A stretch of 63,910 nucleotides of DNA, counting the filler, from Octopus bimaculoides (Eukaryota), in the NCBI RefSeq assembly GCF_001194135.2. It is 5 parts of 4 records of this genome, joined end to end, with 100 filler letters (N's around TTAATTAATTAA, not from the genome) between each part and the next. Parts side by side here need not be neighbours in the genome. Positions count along the whole stretch, not along the records: positions 1 to 16,297 come from NC_068999.1; 4 more parts are not named here. One strand, given 5' to 3'. This document shows, piece by piece, positions 1-11,232 of the stretch (the first letter of the stretch is position 1; every line of letters begins with the position of its first letter). The position numbers and the translations under genes are program-made. Under the pieces are notes generated by a model. The model made no database searches and was not told the origin of the DNA. It saw only the letters and a program-made list of their open reading frames with translations.

Positions 1-243
1 GGCGAACCCTGCTGTACTCTTTCACCACAGCTTTCTCTCACTCTTACCTCTTGTTTCTGTTGTGCCTGTAATTCAAAGGGTCAGCTTTGTCACACTGTGT
101 CACGCTGAATATCCCCGAGAACTACGTTAAGGGTACACGTGTCTGTGGAGTGCTCAGCCACTTGCACGTTAATTTCACGAGCAGGCTGTTCTGTTGATCG
201 GATTAACTGGAACCCTCGACTTCGTAACTGACGGAGTGCCAAC
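1..243 (+). mobile_element. 3' portion of a probable SINE-like interspersed repeat, cut by the window edge
   Basis: Relatively GC-rich segment ending GGAGTGCCAAC and followed directly by a (TA)n tail. Family assignment is from pattern recognition only. Confidence 0.5.
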
Positions 244-667
244 ATATATATATAAATATATATATATATATAAATATATATACATGTGTGCGTGTGTGGT
301 GGGGGTGTTTGTATTTTTATGCGTGTGTACATGTATTGAATTAATTTTTCCTTCATCATATAAATATTATCAATTAATCAGATGTTTTCCTCACTAACAG
401 AATGTGAAAACATTAACTTAGCTAGAAATAGATATGTGGTCAGAAAAGGTGATACCACTCAATGAGGATTGTTATTTTTACTTTCCTAGGATGTTTAATG
501 CCTTATACATTAAGTAGATTACGTCAATAAGTTCTTTAATTTTTAAACAATTATATTTCCCAACACTTAGTTCATTTACTTAGTGATTCTTTCATTTTTG
601 TGCCAATAATGACAATGAAGGAATGTTTTGCTGATAAGATTTGTATTTGCTGGAACAATAAAAATAT

Positions 668-827
668 TTGTATACTGTCAACTTAACGTGACAATCCCAA
701 TAAGGGAATATACTACTGCTATTTAGCCCTAGGAAGCTGGACCTAGGAAGCGGTCCAGCTTCCTAGGGCTAAATAGCAGTAGTATATTCCCTTATTGGGA
801 CTGTCATGTTAAGTTGACAGTATACAA
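668..827. repeat. 160-bp palindrome (foldback/MITE-like)
   Basis: 76-bp arms at 668-743 and 752-827 with 2 mismatches and an 8-bp loop. Confidence 0.9.
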
Positions 828-1838
828 CTACTTTATCGCATCACTACTGCTTAAGTCTCTCTGAGAGATTTAGAAATGTATTATTTCTAATAAAAATATT
901 ACTTATTAGCTAATACTACTTATCCCACATTTTATATTTCCAGTTAACATTTTAAATTTCCATACATTAGTTATGCTAACACTAACATACTTATGTTGGT
1001 TACATTTCTGTCTTTGATATTTGTTTTAATCACTTTCTCTGACTGTATGACATAATTGTTTCTGAACTATCTTCTGGATCACATTGGGAATTCTTATATA
1101 TTTAGAAGTCTAAGATTTCAAAACTCCTTATAAATCTAACCAGCAAGAATTTGACAGTCCTGATCCACTAGCCTAATGAAGGAATATCTAAGAATAGTAA
1201 GATACCTGGATTAAGTATAGTTTTGTTTGTGTTATAATGAAATTGAATAATCACATATAAGAGTGAATTTCATCAAGAATGGAAACTTCTTCCTATCACT
1301 ATGTTGCTTTGTATATCTCAAGGTCTTTTGTATCTTCAGGTATACCTTTGGCAACTTTTTTAAAGTATGCCTGCCTGCCATAAACCATCACTGTTAGTGA
1401 CAAAATATAACCCTTTTTTAATGTGGTAATAAATAAAATATATTTTCAATCAAAGTATTTAATTACTGTTCTTCCAATTGAAAACTGGAGCTATATTTAT
1501 ATCTCTATTTCAATTGTAACAGATCACTTTCCATATTTGATTTCACACCATTTTTGTCTAAATCTGATTTCATGCTTTGTTAACATTGCCACATTCAGTC
1601 ATGTTTGGCATTGCTAGCAATAGAATACTCATGCAGTTGACCAACTTGCCTGCTGACATATATTGCTGACATGAAAAGATGTTAGCAGACATCAGAAGAA
1701 TTGTTTTAGTTTCCATGCAAAAATAGAAAGAGAAAATTCTAAAACAATACTGTGAAATCATATAAGCCTTGGATCTTTAACTTTGATCAGAGTTCACTGT
1801 AGTTGTGGTGTGACACTATGCCAATCTGGTCCTCATTG

Positions 1839-1872
1839 TACAGGGTGCCCATAACGTCTGGATACATAGGAA
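1839..1872 (+). mobile_element. Solo Tc1/mariner-like TIR fragment
   Basis: TA followed by CAGGGTGCCCATAACGTCTGGATACA, a typical TA|CAGGGTG terminus. No partner TIR found. Confidence 0.35.
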
Positions 1873-3446
1873 ATATTGTTTTTGTTTTTTAATGATCTGC
1901 AGATTGAATATGTGAATCTCACATAGCACATCAAACTGCATCACTAATAGCAGAAACTATGTTTAAAATGTTATTCATTAATGTAGTTGAATAAAATTAT
2001 TGAAAATATGCATTTTGGTGTATGTACCCCAAACTGTCCAGTCACCCTGTCCAGTCACAAATCTCAAATTTCTTTCTCCCACAAAGATGAATGCGTTTCT
2101 AATGCTTTGTGCTGAATAAAACAATGTGAAATAAGCTTTCACAACTTTCTTCTCTCTCAAACGATGCATATGCCTTGTTACACTTAAGATCTTTCAATAG
2201 CATTAAATAAGATCTCTCAACTTCATTCTCTCTTATAGACATGAATGTGTCTTCTAATGCCTTGTCATTCTTAACAGACAGTATTTTACATAAGGACCAG
2301 TGTTAATGACCTTCTCTTCAACTCAAAGGAAATAAGGTTTTCCTACTGTACCATCACCACCAGCTTCAATGTAACAACTACAGCTACATCAAATAAAATA
2401 CACTTATTGCTTGTCATATCCCCATCCCTTTCTCTCTTTCTCTCTCTCTCTCCCTCTCTCCACCACTCTCCCTTCCCATCTCTCTTCCACTCTCTCCCGT
2501 TTAAGAAAGAACATTCAATCTTTTGCTCTGTAAGTCTATCAAGCTGTTGTGTTTGACAATCATTCTTTGTAACAAGGAAAAAGAATAAATTGCTAAGTAA
2601 TACTACAATGATTCTTCTCAACCATCCCACTCACAACCTGAAATGAATTTCTTCATTTTTCACAAACAACAGGTATTTCAGCATTGAGAAAGGGTTATTT
2701 TTCTTTATTCATTTATGTTTATATATAAGTGTCATTAGACAAGTTTTCTTGTTAACCGTAATTTATATTTTGCTATGACCTTGTCTCTTTTTATTTCTGC
2801 AGATCACATACACTATAGAAATAGGATTTAGTCAGTAGACAAAGACCTTCAAATCTGTCACTGTAGAATATCAACAGTCTACTCTTACTTACATTTCTTT
2901 CAAAGGCAGTAAAAAATGTAATAAAGAATAGAAATGACTTGTTATAGAAAGCAATGCAAACTACTGAGATTTGAGTTGAAGTATTTTATTATATCCCTAT
3001 ATGTACTTTATCAACAGAAAAACACAGTTCCACATCAGTTATCAAGTATTAGAAAGTACCTTCTCAAGCTGTTATTTCAGTTAATTTTGGTTAAGTTGCT
3101 GAGTAAAATATTAGAATGAATAATGAAGTTAGTATGAAACATAGAATAAGAGAACCTTGTTTATGATCTTAGTCATAATAGTTATATATTGTATAACTAT
3201 TGTGATTGTTTATCACAATAGTAATAGAATAACAACATACAAACGAATGAGAATATGTGTCAATAGTAATAAACGGTAACATAAAACTAGAGAGTGACAG
3301 TGTCAATAGTCCATCACTATTGCATTTCTGTGTCAATAGTTATACAGCAGAAGCATAAAAACTAGTGATCAATTGTGACAAAAGTAAAAAAATACTGATA
3401 TAAAAGTTAGTTATGCCCTTCATAAATATTTATACGATAGTAAAGA

Positions 3447-3620
3447 TGTTGAGCTAGTAGAATCATTAGCATGCTGGGCAAAATGCTTAGCAGCACTTCA
3501 TCCATTTTTATGTTATGAGTTCAAATTCCACCAAGATCAACTTTGCCTTTTATCCTTTTAGGTTTGAGCACTGGGGTCAATGTAATCGACTCACTCTCTC
3601 CCACAAAATTGCTGACCTTG
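3447..3620 (+). mobile_element. tRNA-derived SINE, family A (degenerate)
   Basis: Box A-like TAGTAGAATCA, box B-like GAGTTCAAATTCC, and body matching copies at 20150-20765 and 37768-37978. Confidence 0.8.
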
Positions 3621-3708
3621 AACCACTATTAATACAATAGTATAGAAACTAGTGATGGACTGTGTCAAAAGTAATACCTTGCTGTTGACTGTGTCAATGG
3701 TAATAGAA

Positions 3709-4113
3709 CATCATCAACATCACTTAACATCCGCTTTCCATGCTGGCATGGGTTAGACGGTTTGACTGGAACTGGTAAGCCAGAGAGCTGTTACAGGTTC
3801 CACTCTGATTTGGCATGATTTCTATGGCTGGATGCTCTTCTCAGCACCAACCACTCCAAGAATGTTTCTTACATACCACCAGCATGGGTGCCATTTACAT
3901 GATACTGGCAACAACCATGACTATGATTTCACAGGTATCATTTGCATGACTAGCAATGGCCAAAACTTGGCTTGATGAGTTTTCTCAAGCACAGCATATC
4001 ACCAAAGTTCTTGGTCACTTGTCATCTACTCTGTGAGGCCCAACATTCGAAGATCATGCTTCACCACCTCATCTCTCACCTCCATGAGACTGAACATCCA
4101 AAGATCATGCTAC
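3709..4113 (-). mobile_element. RTE LINE 3' end (5'-truncated)
   Basis: Matches the tail of the RTE at 11233 (CATCATC...CGCTTTCCATGCTGGCATGGGTT), which is linked there to RT coding sequence. Confidence 0.8.
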
Positions 4114-5024
4114 CAAAAATAGTATGGATAGGCTGAATAGTAATGCAATACTAATACAAATACTACAGACTGTATGTGCCAATAGGAATAAATACCAACA
4201 TAAAAACAAGTGGACTGTGACAATACTAAAAAATAGGTGACAAAAAATAGTAATGGGCTGAGTCAGCAGTGATATAGCAGTGATGAAAAACAATTGGTAG
4301 ACTGTTTTAATAGTAATAGTAACAGTAGCTAGCCATGGGCTTTGTCAATAGTAAGAGACATAAAAACTAGGGATAGATTGTGCCAACGGTAATGGAATAG
4401 TGATGTAGGACTGCATCAGCAGTAACACAATAGTAACACAAAAAATAGTGATGGACAGTGTCAACTGTGATATCATAGTGATATCATAGTGATATAACTA
4501 ATTTTGGTGGATTGTGTCAATAGACATACAATACATGTAAGAATACACTGAGACAATAGCAATAAAACTGTGATATTAAAATTGATGATGGACGGTGTCC
4601 ATAGTAATACAATACTAACATAAAAATGTGTAACAGACTGTGACAATATTAATACAATAATAATATAAAAACTATTGACAGACTGTGTCAATAATAATAA
4701 AATAGTGAAATCAAAAACTTGTAATGGACTGTGTCAATAATGATTCAACAGTTATATTAAAACTAGTGATGAACTTTGTCAATAGTAACACAAACAGTAA
4801 TATAAAAACTAGTGATAAGTTGTGTTAACTGTGAAACTGAAGTGACCTGTGTCAGTGAGTCATCTAGGTTACTTGGATGAGAGATCAAGGTAAAAGCAAT
4901 GGTAGATAGATAGATAGTTGTTATAGGTGGTATTTTTTATTGTGAAGAAAACTTATTAAAATTTATCAGAGAAAAATATCTATTCATAAGAGAAATTGAG
5001 ATGGAGATTCATCATTCATCATTT

Positions 5025-5280
5025 TATATCACTCTTGTCTTATTACTGAAAAAGTCCATCATCAGTTTCTATGTTACTTTTGTATTATTATTGACACAGT
5101 CCATCACCAATGTTTACATCATTATTTTGTTTCTGTTATCACAGTCCATCATTAGTTTTTACATCACTATTGTATTTCTGGATTACTATTAATGCATTTT
5201 CTCACTAACTTTTGATATCACAATTGTATTAATATTTACACAGTCCACCAAAGTTTTCCTTTTATCATTATTGTACTAGC
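5025..5280 (-). repeat. Inverted block of the same ~45-bp minisatellite
   Basis: ATTATTGACACAGTCCATCA units are the reverse complement of the 3250-4835 core. Confidence 0.75.
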
Positions 5281-5460
5281 TGGCCTCGTGCCATCAAAAA
5301 TGATGGCTAATTGTAGTTTTTGATATATAAACATGGATGGTAAATCAAATTAATACACTTGTCAATGTTATCTAGTGGTTGTCTTTTGAGATGTGACATC
5401 GATCATTGTTTGTTACTGAAAGAACGCTGGTTCACACATACAAGCATTCACATACTTCCC

Positions 5461-5477
5461 TGGCACACACACACACA

Positions 5478-5546
<69 letters not shown>

Positions 5547-5550
5547 TCAC
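5461..5550. repeat. (CA)n microsatellite
   Basis: Seen directly. One example of many (CA)n, (TA)n, (AAT)n, (GATA)n, (GA)n and (AGT)n tracts in the window. Confidence 0.95.
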
Positions 5551-6203
5551 ACAGAGTTGAAATGCTGTTTGATTTTTCTTTTCAACGTTGAATTTTCACC
5601 ATCCCACTTCCATTGCACACACACACACACACACATACATACATTCATATACCTCTCTTTTACATACACACACATATACTTACGCAGAGTTGAAATACTC
5701 CCACTACCAGTTTGCCATTATCCCTTCCTTCTTTAGTCATCTATCACCCATTCCTTTCTCATTCATATGGTGTGATGGAGAAAAACACAAGAGTATTATT
5801 ATAGTAGATTATTATACAGTAAGTTTCTCTAATTTTTTAATATCAATATTGTAGTACTGTTAACACATAAGTAATTATGTGATGGACCAGCATCCAATCC
5901 AGGAGTGGGTGAATTTCTATGCCAAAGAATCCAAGAACCAGCTTTTTGAACCTATGGTTTGGGAAGGATCTTTGAGCTTTTTTTTAACTTACGAATATTA
6001 TGATGAAACTTTTTGAAGTAGATCGTTCGTGTCCAACTTGTTTTTATTGTAGCAAATTGAGACATTGTTTTTTGAAAATTTTCAAAATGTCTGACACTCC
6101 AACTGGAATGTCAATATGCAAAAATACAATTATACATAGACATCATAGTTGGGTTTCTCTTTCCAATAGTAAAAGAAAATAAAAATCAAGTAAACAGGTA
6201 TCC

Positions 6204-6239
<36 letters not shown>

Positions 6240-6246
6240 ACACGTA

Positions 6247-6337
6247 TATATATATAGGGAGAATTCACAAAAAACAACACACGAAGGTAGGTGGTGTAGA
6301 AAACAAATAGATGTATTAGTATAACGCTCGGGAATTG
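6247..6337 (-). mobile_element. 3' tail of a short repeat of the same family as 26560-26950
   Basis: Reverse complement TTCCCGAGCGTTATACTAATACATC...AATTCTCCC aligns with 26869-26949. Confidence 0.75.
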
Positions 6338-6537
6338 NNNNNNNNNNNNNNNNNNNNNNNNNNNNNNNNNNNNNNNNNNNNNNNNNNNNNNNNNNNNNNN
6401 NNNNNNNNNNNNNNNNNNNNNNNNNNNNNNNNNNNNNGGTAATACTTGATAATTGTAAGCACCTGTATATGCCAGATAGTGGCGGAGCTGAAAGGATATA
6501 TTAAAACGTAAAATTAAAACAAAATACAAAGGATTCC

Positions 6538-6636
6538 GCGGTACACGTGTTTCAAGCTTTATACACAAACAGTCGTTCCATCATTATATGAGTATATAAT
6601 TGATATACAGGATGGTTTAAAGCTATCTTCAGCCGC
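6538..6636 (-). ncRNA. Type I hammerhead ribozyme in the PLE pLTR
   Basis: GCGG-CUGAAGA-U-AGCUUUA..(long loop)..UAAAGCU-U-GAAA-CACGUG-UA-CCGC: intact core, stems I and II, and palindromic stem III ACACGUGU. Confidence 0.75.
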
Positions 6637-7645
6637 AAATATATTCTGTCCCAAGATTACATCACAAAGAAGAAATCACAAAGAAAAAAGAAAAAGACAT
6701 AGCAACAAGAGAGAGAAAAATGGAAAGTCCACTTGGTATAATCCATAGCAATATGCTTATCCATTAAATTGTTATATTTACAAAAAAGTTCATCGGTATT
6801 CAGAAATCTGTCCATATTGTGCCACAATTCAGGGTAGAGTGAATGATAAATAAATATAACTAGCGTATATGAGATAGAAGGAGAGGATCAAAAAAGAAAG
6901 AAGTTGGAGGTTAAAACAATATAAAATACGAAAAAAACAATATAAAATAAGAGATAAAATCCATCAATAATAATACAAAAATGATAGATGTCAAATCGAG
7001 GGTAATATAAGAAAAAATACGGATAATAAAGTAAGATGCATATAAAAGAATAAGGTAATAAGGAAGTAAAGGAAATTGGGTAAAGAAATAGAAGGAATAA
7101 AATGAAATAGCAGAGGTGAAGAGAAAAAAACCTAAAAATAGAAAAAGATAAAGAGAAATAAAGAGAAATAAAGATAGATAAAGAGATAAAGAGATCTAAA
7201 GGGATGAGTTCCTAAATGACAGACATACATGATGCTGTCTTGGTCAGGAATAGTGGGGGGGGGTCATAAATAATGACTTAACTAGAGTAAGGATGAAATA
7301 TGATATCCTTGTGATGAGTGGTCAGTTTAGCCAAAGCCCACCACTACAACTTAAGAATACGAGCTTATCTATTATATTGGTACATACACTTATTTAGAAG
7401 ATAAATAAATAAATGATGGAAGTGGTAAATAGTAATTGGAAAATATAAACACTAAACGAACAAAAATTCGAAAATGTAAAAAAAGGTTAGAAAATATAAA
7501 GAGGAAAACTAGGGTTGAAGTTGAAAATTCAAAATACAAAGTATGGGGAACAATCATAATAGTAGCATAATGTAATAGTATTAAAAAAATAACAACACTA
7601 ATAACAACAGCAACAACAACAATAATAATAATAATAATAATAATG

Positions 7646-7696
<51 letters not shown>

Positions 7697-8212
7697 TAGT
7701 GGTTTGAACAGGTACATTGATTAGAAAAATATTGTGATTGGGGAAGTTTCGGCTTATCTATTTGTGTAAATTATATGACATAGTGCAACTACTAATATAA
7801 TCGTGTTTTAATTGTTTGGGTATTGTTATATGAAGTTAAAGGAGTCTGGGTTTGTATCTCCTAATGAATACTAGTATAATATTATAATAAAAACTTTGGA
7901 GTGATGAGTGTTATTTAATGTTACCTTTGTGTATTGTAGTGTTATTCGAAATCTTAGAGTCAGTGACTAAATTGTTTAGTAATTTTCCTGTAAAAGTGGG
8001 ATTATGGATCTCGGGTTATTACATATGTGTGTATATTATGGGGTCAGAATCTAGCTATGTGAGGGTAAAGTGAATAATTAAAGTAAATATTTAAATTGGG
8101 GGTAGAGTACGGGCTTCGTTAATTCAATGCCTGAATGGTGGTAGGATGGATCTTACGAGGGAGTTACCAATGAGAGAAGATTTTGAAGTGATTATAACTT
8201 AAAAGAGGGGAC

Positions 8213-10872
8213 TTAGGGATTATAGTACTTAAATGTTTTAATCAGTTTATGTATACAAGATGGTTTGAATTCTGATCTCTTATTAATTAGCTTGTTCTTC
8301 TCAGGGAATCTAATGATTTTCAATAGTTCTAAGGAACATAACTGGCAACCAGTTCTATTATTCTTATAAGTTGCAAGTTGCGGCCGATCCAACTATGGAC
8401 CATCTAAGGTTAAAGTTAATGTTTTCGTCTTTAAGTTCCCATATTCTACGTGATAATGAGGTGCTATTAGCCTTATGCCTGAGTCTAAATGATGACCTGT
8501 GGTTATAGAACCTAGATTTCCAGGAGGAAGAGCACCCAAGGTAGGTGAGGGTGCTCGTTTCAGTAATTATTTCGCAAGAATATACTATGTTTTTTGCTAG
8601 GCAGTTTCCACGTAAAGGACATGTTGATTTTGTTACACAATTGCACCCGATTTTATACTTGCTAGGCCGTCTTATGCTTGAGGTGGAATTGGATATTCTA
8701 TTATTAGTTGCAGTATCATTATTTAACGCGGAAGTACTATAAGGTGTGCCACTATCCTGCGTTGGGTCTAGGTTTAGTGATTCATCTATTGTACTGTGAT
8801 TTGATATTTGGGTATGGTTATAGGGCCTAATAGTTTTGTTGTCATTATAATTATTACTATTACTAGCATTATCAACAATGTTATAATTCTCAGGATTATT
8901 AGTTTGTATACTATCAACAGTAGCTCTTGGATTATCGGGGTTAGATTGATAATTATTAATTATTCTTAATCTCGCTTTTTTTATTTTGGTTTTATTATGT
9001 TTAGATATAAGGCATTTCATATTAGGGAGGGTTGAATATGAGATTCTAATAGTTTTAGTGGAAAGAATACTGTTACATTTATGAGTGGGTGGAAAGTTAT
9101 TGGATATAATTGAAAATATTTTCTTGCATAATCTACCTGTAACCGCTACATTGTATGGTATGGTATACCATATGTAGTTGCGTAATTTATTGTTACTATG
9201 TTTAGTAATTCTTCTATTGCTATTATTATTTCTATCGTTAGGGTTTTCTCTAACTGAACTATTATCTGTACGATTTTTTTCTTTATGCTTTTTGATCTTA
9301 GGCCTATTTGTATTAGTACTGGTTGTATCTGTGCTTTCATTTTTGTTTTTATTCGACTTATTTTCCATACCTCCATTTAGGGAATTAACCCTAGATTTAC
9401 TAATTTGATTATATGATGGGTTTATACTCATGGTTGATGTTTTAGGCGGTTTACAATTTAACTTTTTAACAAACGATATTTTCTGGGAGTACCCAGCGCT
9501 AGAGAGTACTTGATTGTAGTGATGAGCATGATCTTTAAAAATGTCTTCATTCGATGATAATTTAGTTAGTCTATCAGTGGACAGTGGTGTTAATTATAGA
9601 TGGGGGTGACTGGATAGTGTGCTAATGTAACTAGTAGTTTCTTCTGGTATTCTGTAAGGGTAGTCCTTTATCTAAGTCTAGTGTAGCATCTAAAAAATTA
9701 ACGATCTTGGGGTTAGTCATAAATTCAAGTTTTAGATTAAAAGATTAAAAAAAAGCCTAATCTTTTTCGTAATTCTTTCTAGGGTACTTTTGCTATTGGT
9801 GGGGTATATGAATAGTGCGTCGTCTCTGTATAGACCCTCCTGAAGGTCTGGTACCTCCGAGAATAGCCTCTTAAGTAGAAAGGCTCCGACTAAGTCAGTT
9901 ACCTGAGCTGAGTCGCTCGAGCCCATAGCCACATTGAAGTTATCAGGGGTGTCCGACCTAGTCCAAAGTTTACCCTCGAATTCAATTATTGTTTTCCTAG
10001 CTAAGAGTATGATATCAATTTTTTCTCTATCTATAAGAGAGAGGTTACGTGCATAAATTAGGTACTTATTCAATAGGATAAGAGAGACGCTTGCATAGTA
10101 ATTCGATATGTCGAATTGTATGAATGAAAAGTTTTTCTTACAGTTGATAGAGTTGAACCATTTTAGAACGTCCTCAGTATTAACTCATATGTTGAGTGAG
10201 ATGTGAGGTTTAATTCGGGGAATTACTCCGTCTAGAATTGTCTTACTCAGTCTGCCTATATCTGACTTAGTTGGGCATATTAGCCTCACTTCTATGTTCT
10301 CTGGGAATCCTTTTTTATGGTCCTTAATGCTAATCCATGGTCCTTTCTAGTAGATCTAGCTTGGTCATAATTTCTTTAATTTTGCAGTTGGTTTGTATCA
10401 CGTTACCTGTTGATGTATTTTTATATTTTCTATGGAGTTCGTTAATTATTAGTGATCTATAAGTATTATAGTCTAATCTATACCAGTTACCGGTTTTGTC
10501 GGCAGGTATGATTAGACTGTCTTCATTTTTTAATGAGTTTTAAAATTGTTTTAGTTTCTTCAAGTGGTTGTTACTAGTGGTTCTATGTTTTCTAAGTTTA
10601 ATTCTTTCGATAAATTCGAGGATATCTTTTTCGAAGTTCTCTAATGCAAAATTCGGTGGCGAGTTTCTTCTGCTTTTGAATACTTTACTGTTTACGATAT
10701 CTTCCTGGCTCCTGTTTGAGTTATGTTTATTTCTATTGTCAAAGTGATAAGCGACCCATCTAATTCTTCTAAGGAAATCTGTAGTCCTATGGATAAGAGC
10801 CGTCATGTAAGTATCATCTGTGTGCAGTGGTATGTCCTTGGGAGAGAAATTGGTGTGAATCCTTTGTATCAT
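8213..10872 (-). pseudogene. Disrupted PLE reverse transcriptase / GIY-YIG endonuclease ORF
   Basis: Motifs PADKT, WISIKDHK, FIQFDISNYY, FNVAMGSSD, GLYRDD, IWYTIPY, CNC..CPLRGNCL..IVY, YLG, WKSRFYNH, CQLC..LINKRSE..CIH. Several frameshifts and an in-frame TGA at 10185-10187. Confidence 0.9.
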
Positions 10873-11045
10873 TATTCATTCATCAAGTATTAAAAGTTGT
10901 CGTGGGTTTGTAAAATCCAATTCAAAAGACAACGTGAATCACATAGGTATTGCAAATTTTAGAGGTAATACTTGATAATTGTAAGCACCTGTATAAACCA
11001 GATAGTGGCGGAGGTGATATATATATATATATATATACTTATATA

Positions 11046-11196
11046 TATGTGATACTTATTCGGTAGCCATGATAAAACTCCGAGTTTCGGATGCCGGGGT
11101 GGGAGCCCACGCCAACATCTCTGCAGTTGTCCGGCCATTGAAAATTCCTGTGAAAAATAGAGTCAATTTTCATGGCTACCGAATAAGCGTCACATA
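11046..11196. mobile_element. ~150-bp MITE with ~25-bp TIRs and TA target-site duplication
   Basis: TA|TGTGATACTTATTCGGTAGCCATGA ... TCATGGCTACCGAATAAGCGTCACA|TA, 2 mismatches. Confidence 0.75.
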
Positions 11197-11232
11197 TTTT
11201 TACAGATAAATTCCTATACGTATATATATATA

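Larger units (their letters stand above)
3250..4835 (+). repeat. Degenerate ~45-bp minisatellite array
   Basis: Recurrent core GATGGACTGTGTCAATAGTAATA at 42-47 bp spacing (near 4588, 4635, 4681, 4725, 4767, 4812), interrupted by a SINE and an RTE tail. Confidence 0.8.
6438..11016 (-). mobile_element. Near full-length Penelope-like element with Naiad-type RT and C-terminal GIY-YIG
   Basis: Direct terminal repeat (6438-6488 ~ 10963-11013), RT plus GIY-YIG coding region, ~1.6-kb 3' UTR and a hammerhead motif in the 3' pLTR. Confidence 0.9.

Noticed and set aside
1978-2340. Minus-strand frames resembling a LINE ORF1 relic
   Set aside because: No diagnostic motif could be confirmed, so it needs a TBLASTN search.
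4105-5192. Hydrophobic 15-aa repeat ORFs (LLLTQSI) from the 45-bp array
   Set aside because: They are short, occur on both strands and are broken by TE insertions, so they are a by-product of the 45-bp unit.
5359-5736. HT-, YI-, CV-, poly-N, poly-I, poly-L, poly-Y and RE-repeat ORFs throughout the window
   Set aside because: They are translations of (CA)n, (TA)n, (AAT)n and (GA)n microsatellites.
10185-10187. In-frame TGA in the Naiad RT as possible selenocysteine (some Naiads encode selenoproteins)
   Set aside because: It falls at a position expected to be Trp (W.NT motif), the ORF has other lesions, and no SECIS was recognised.
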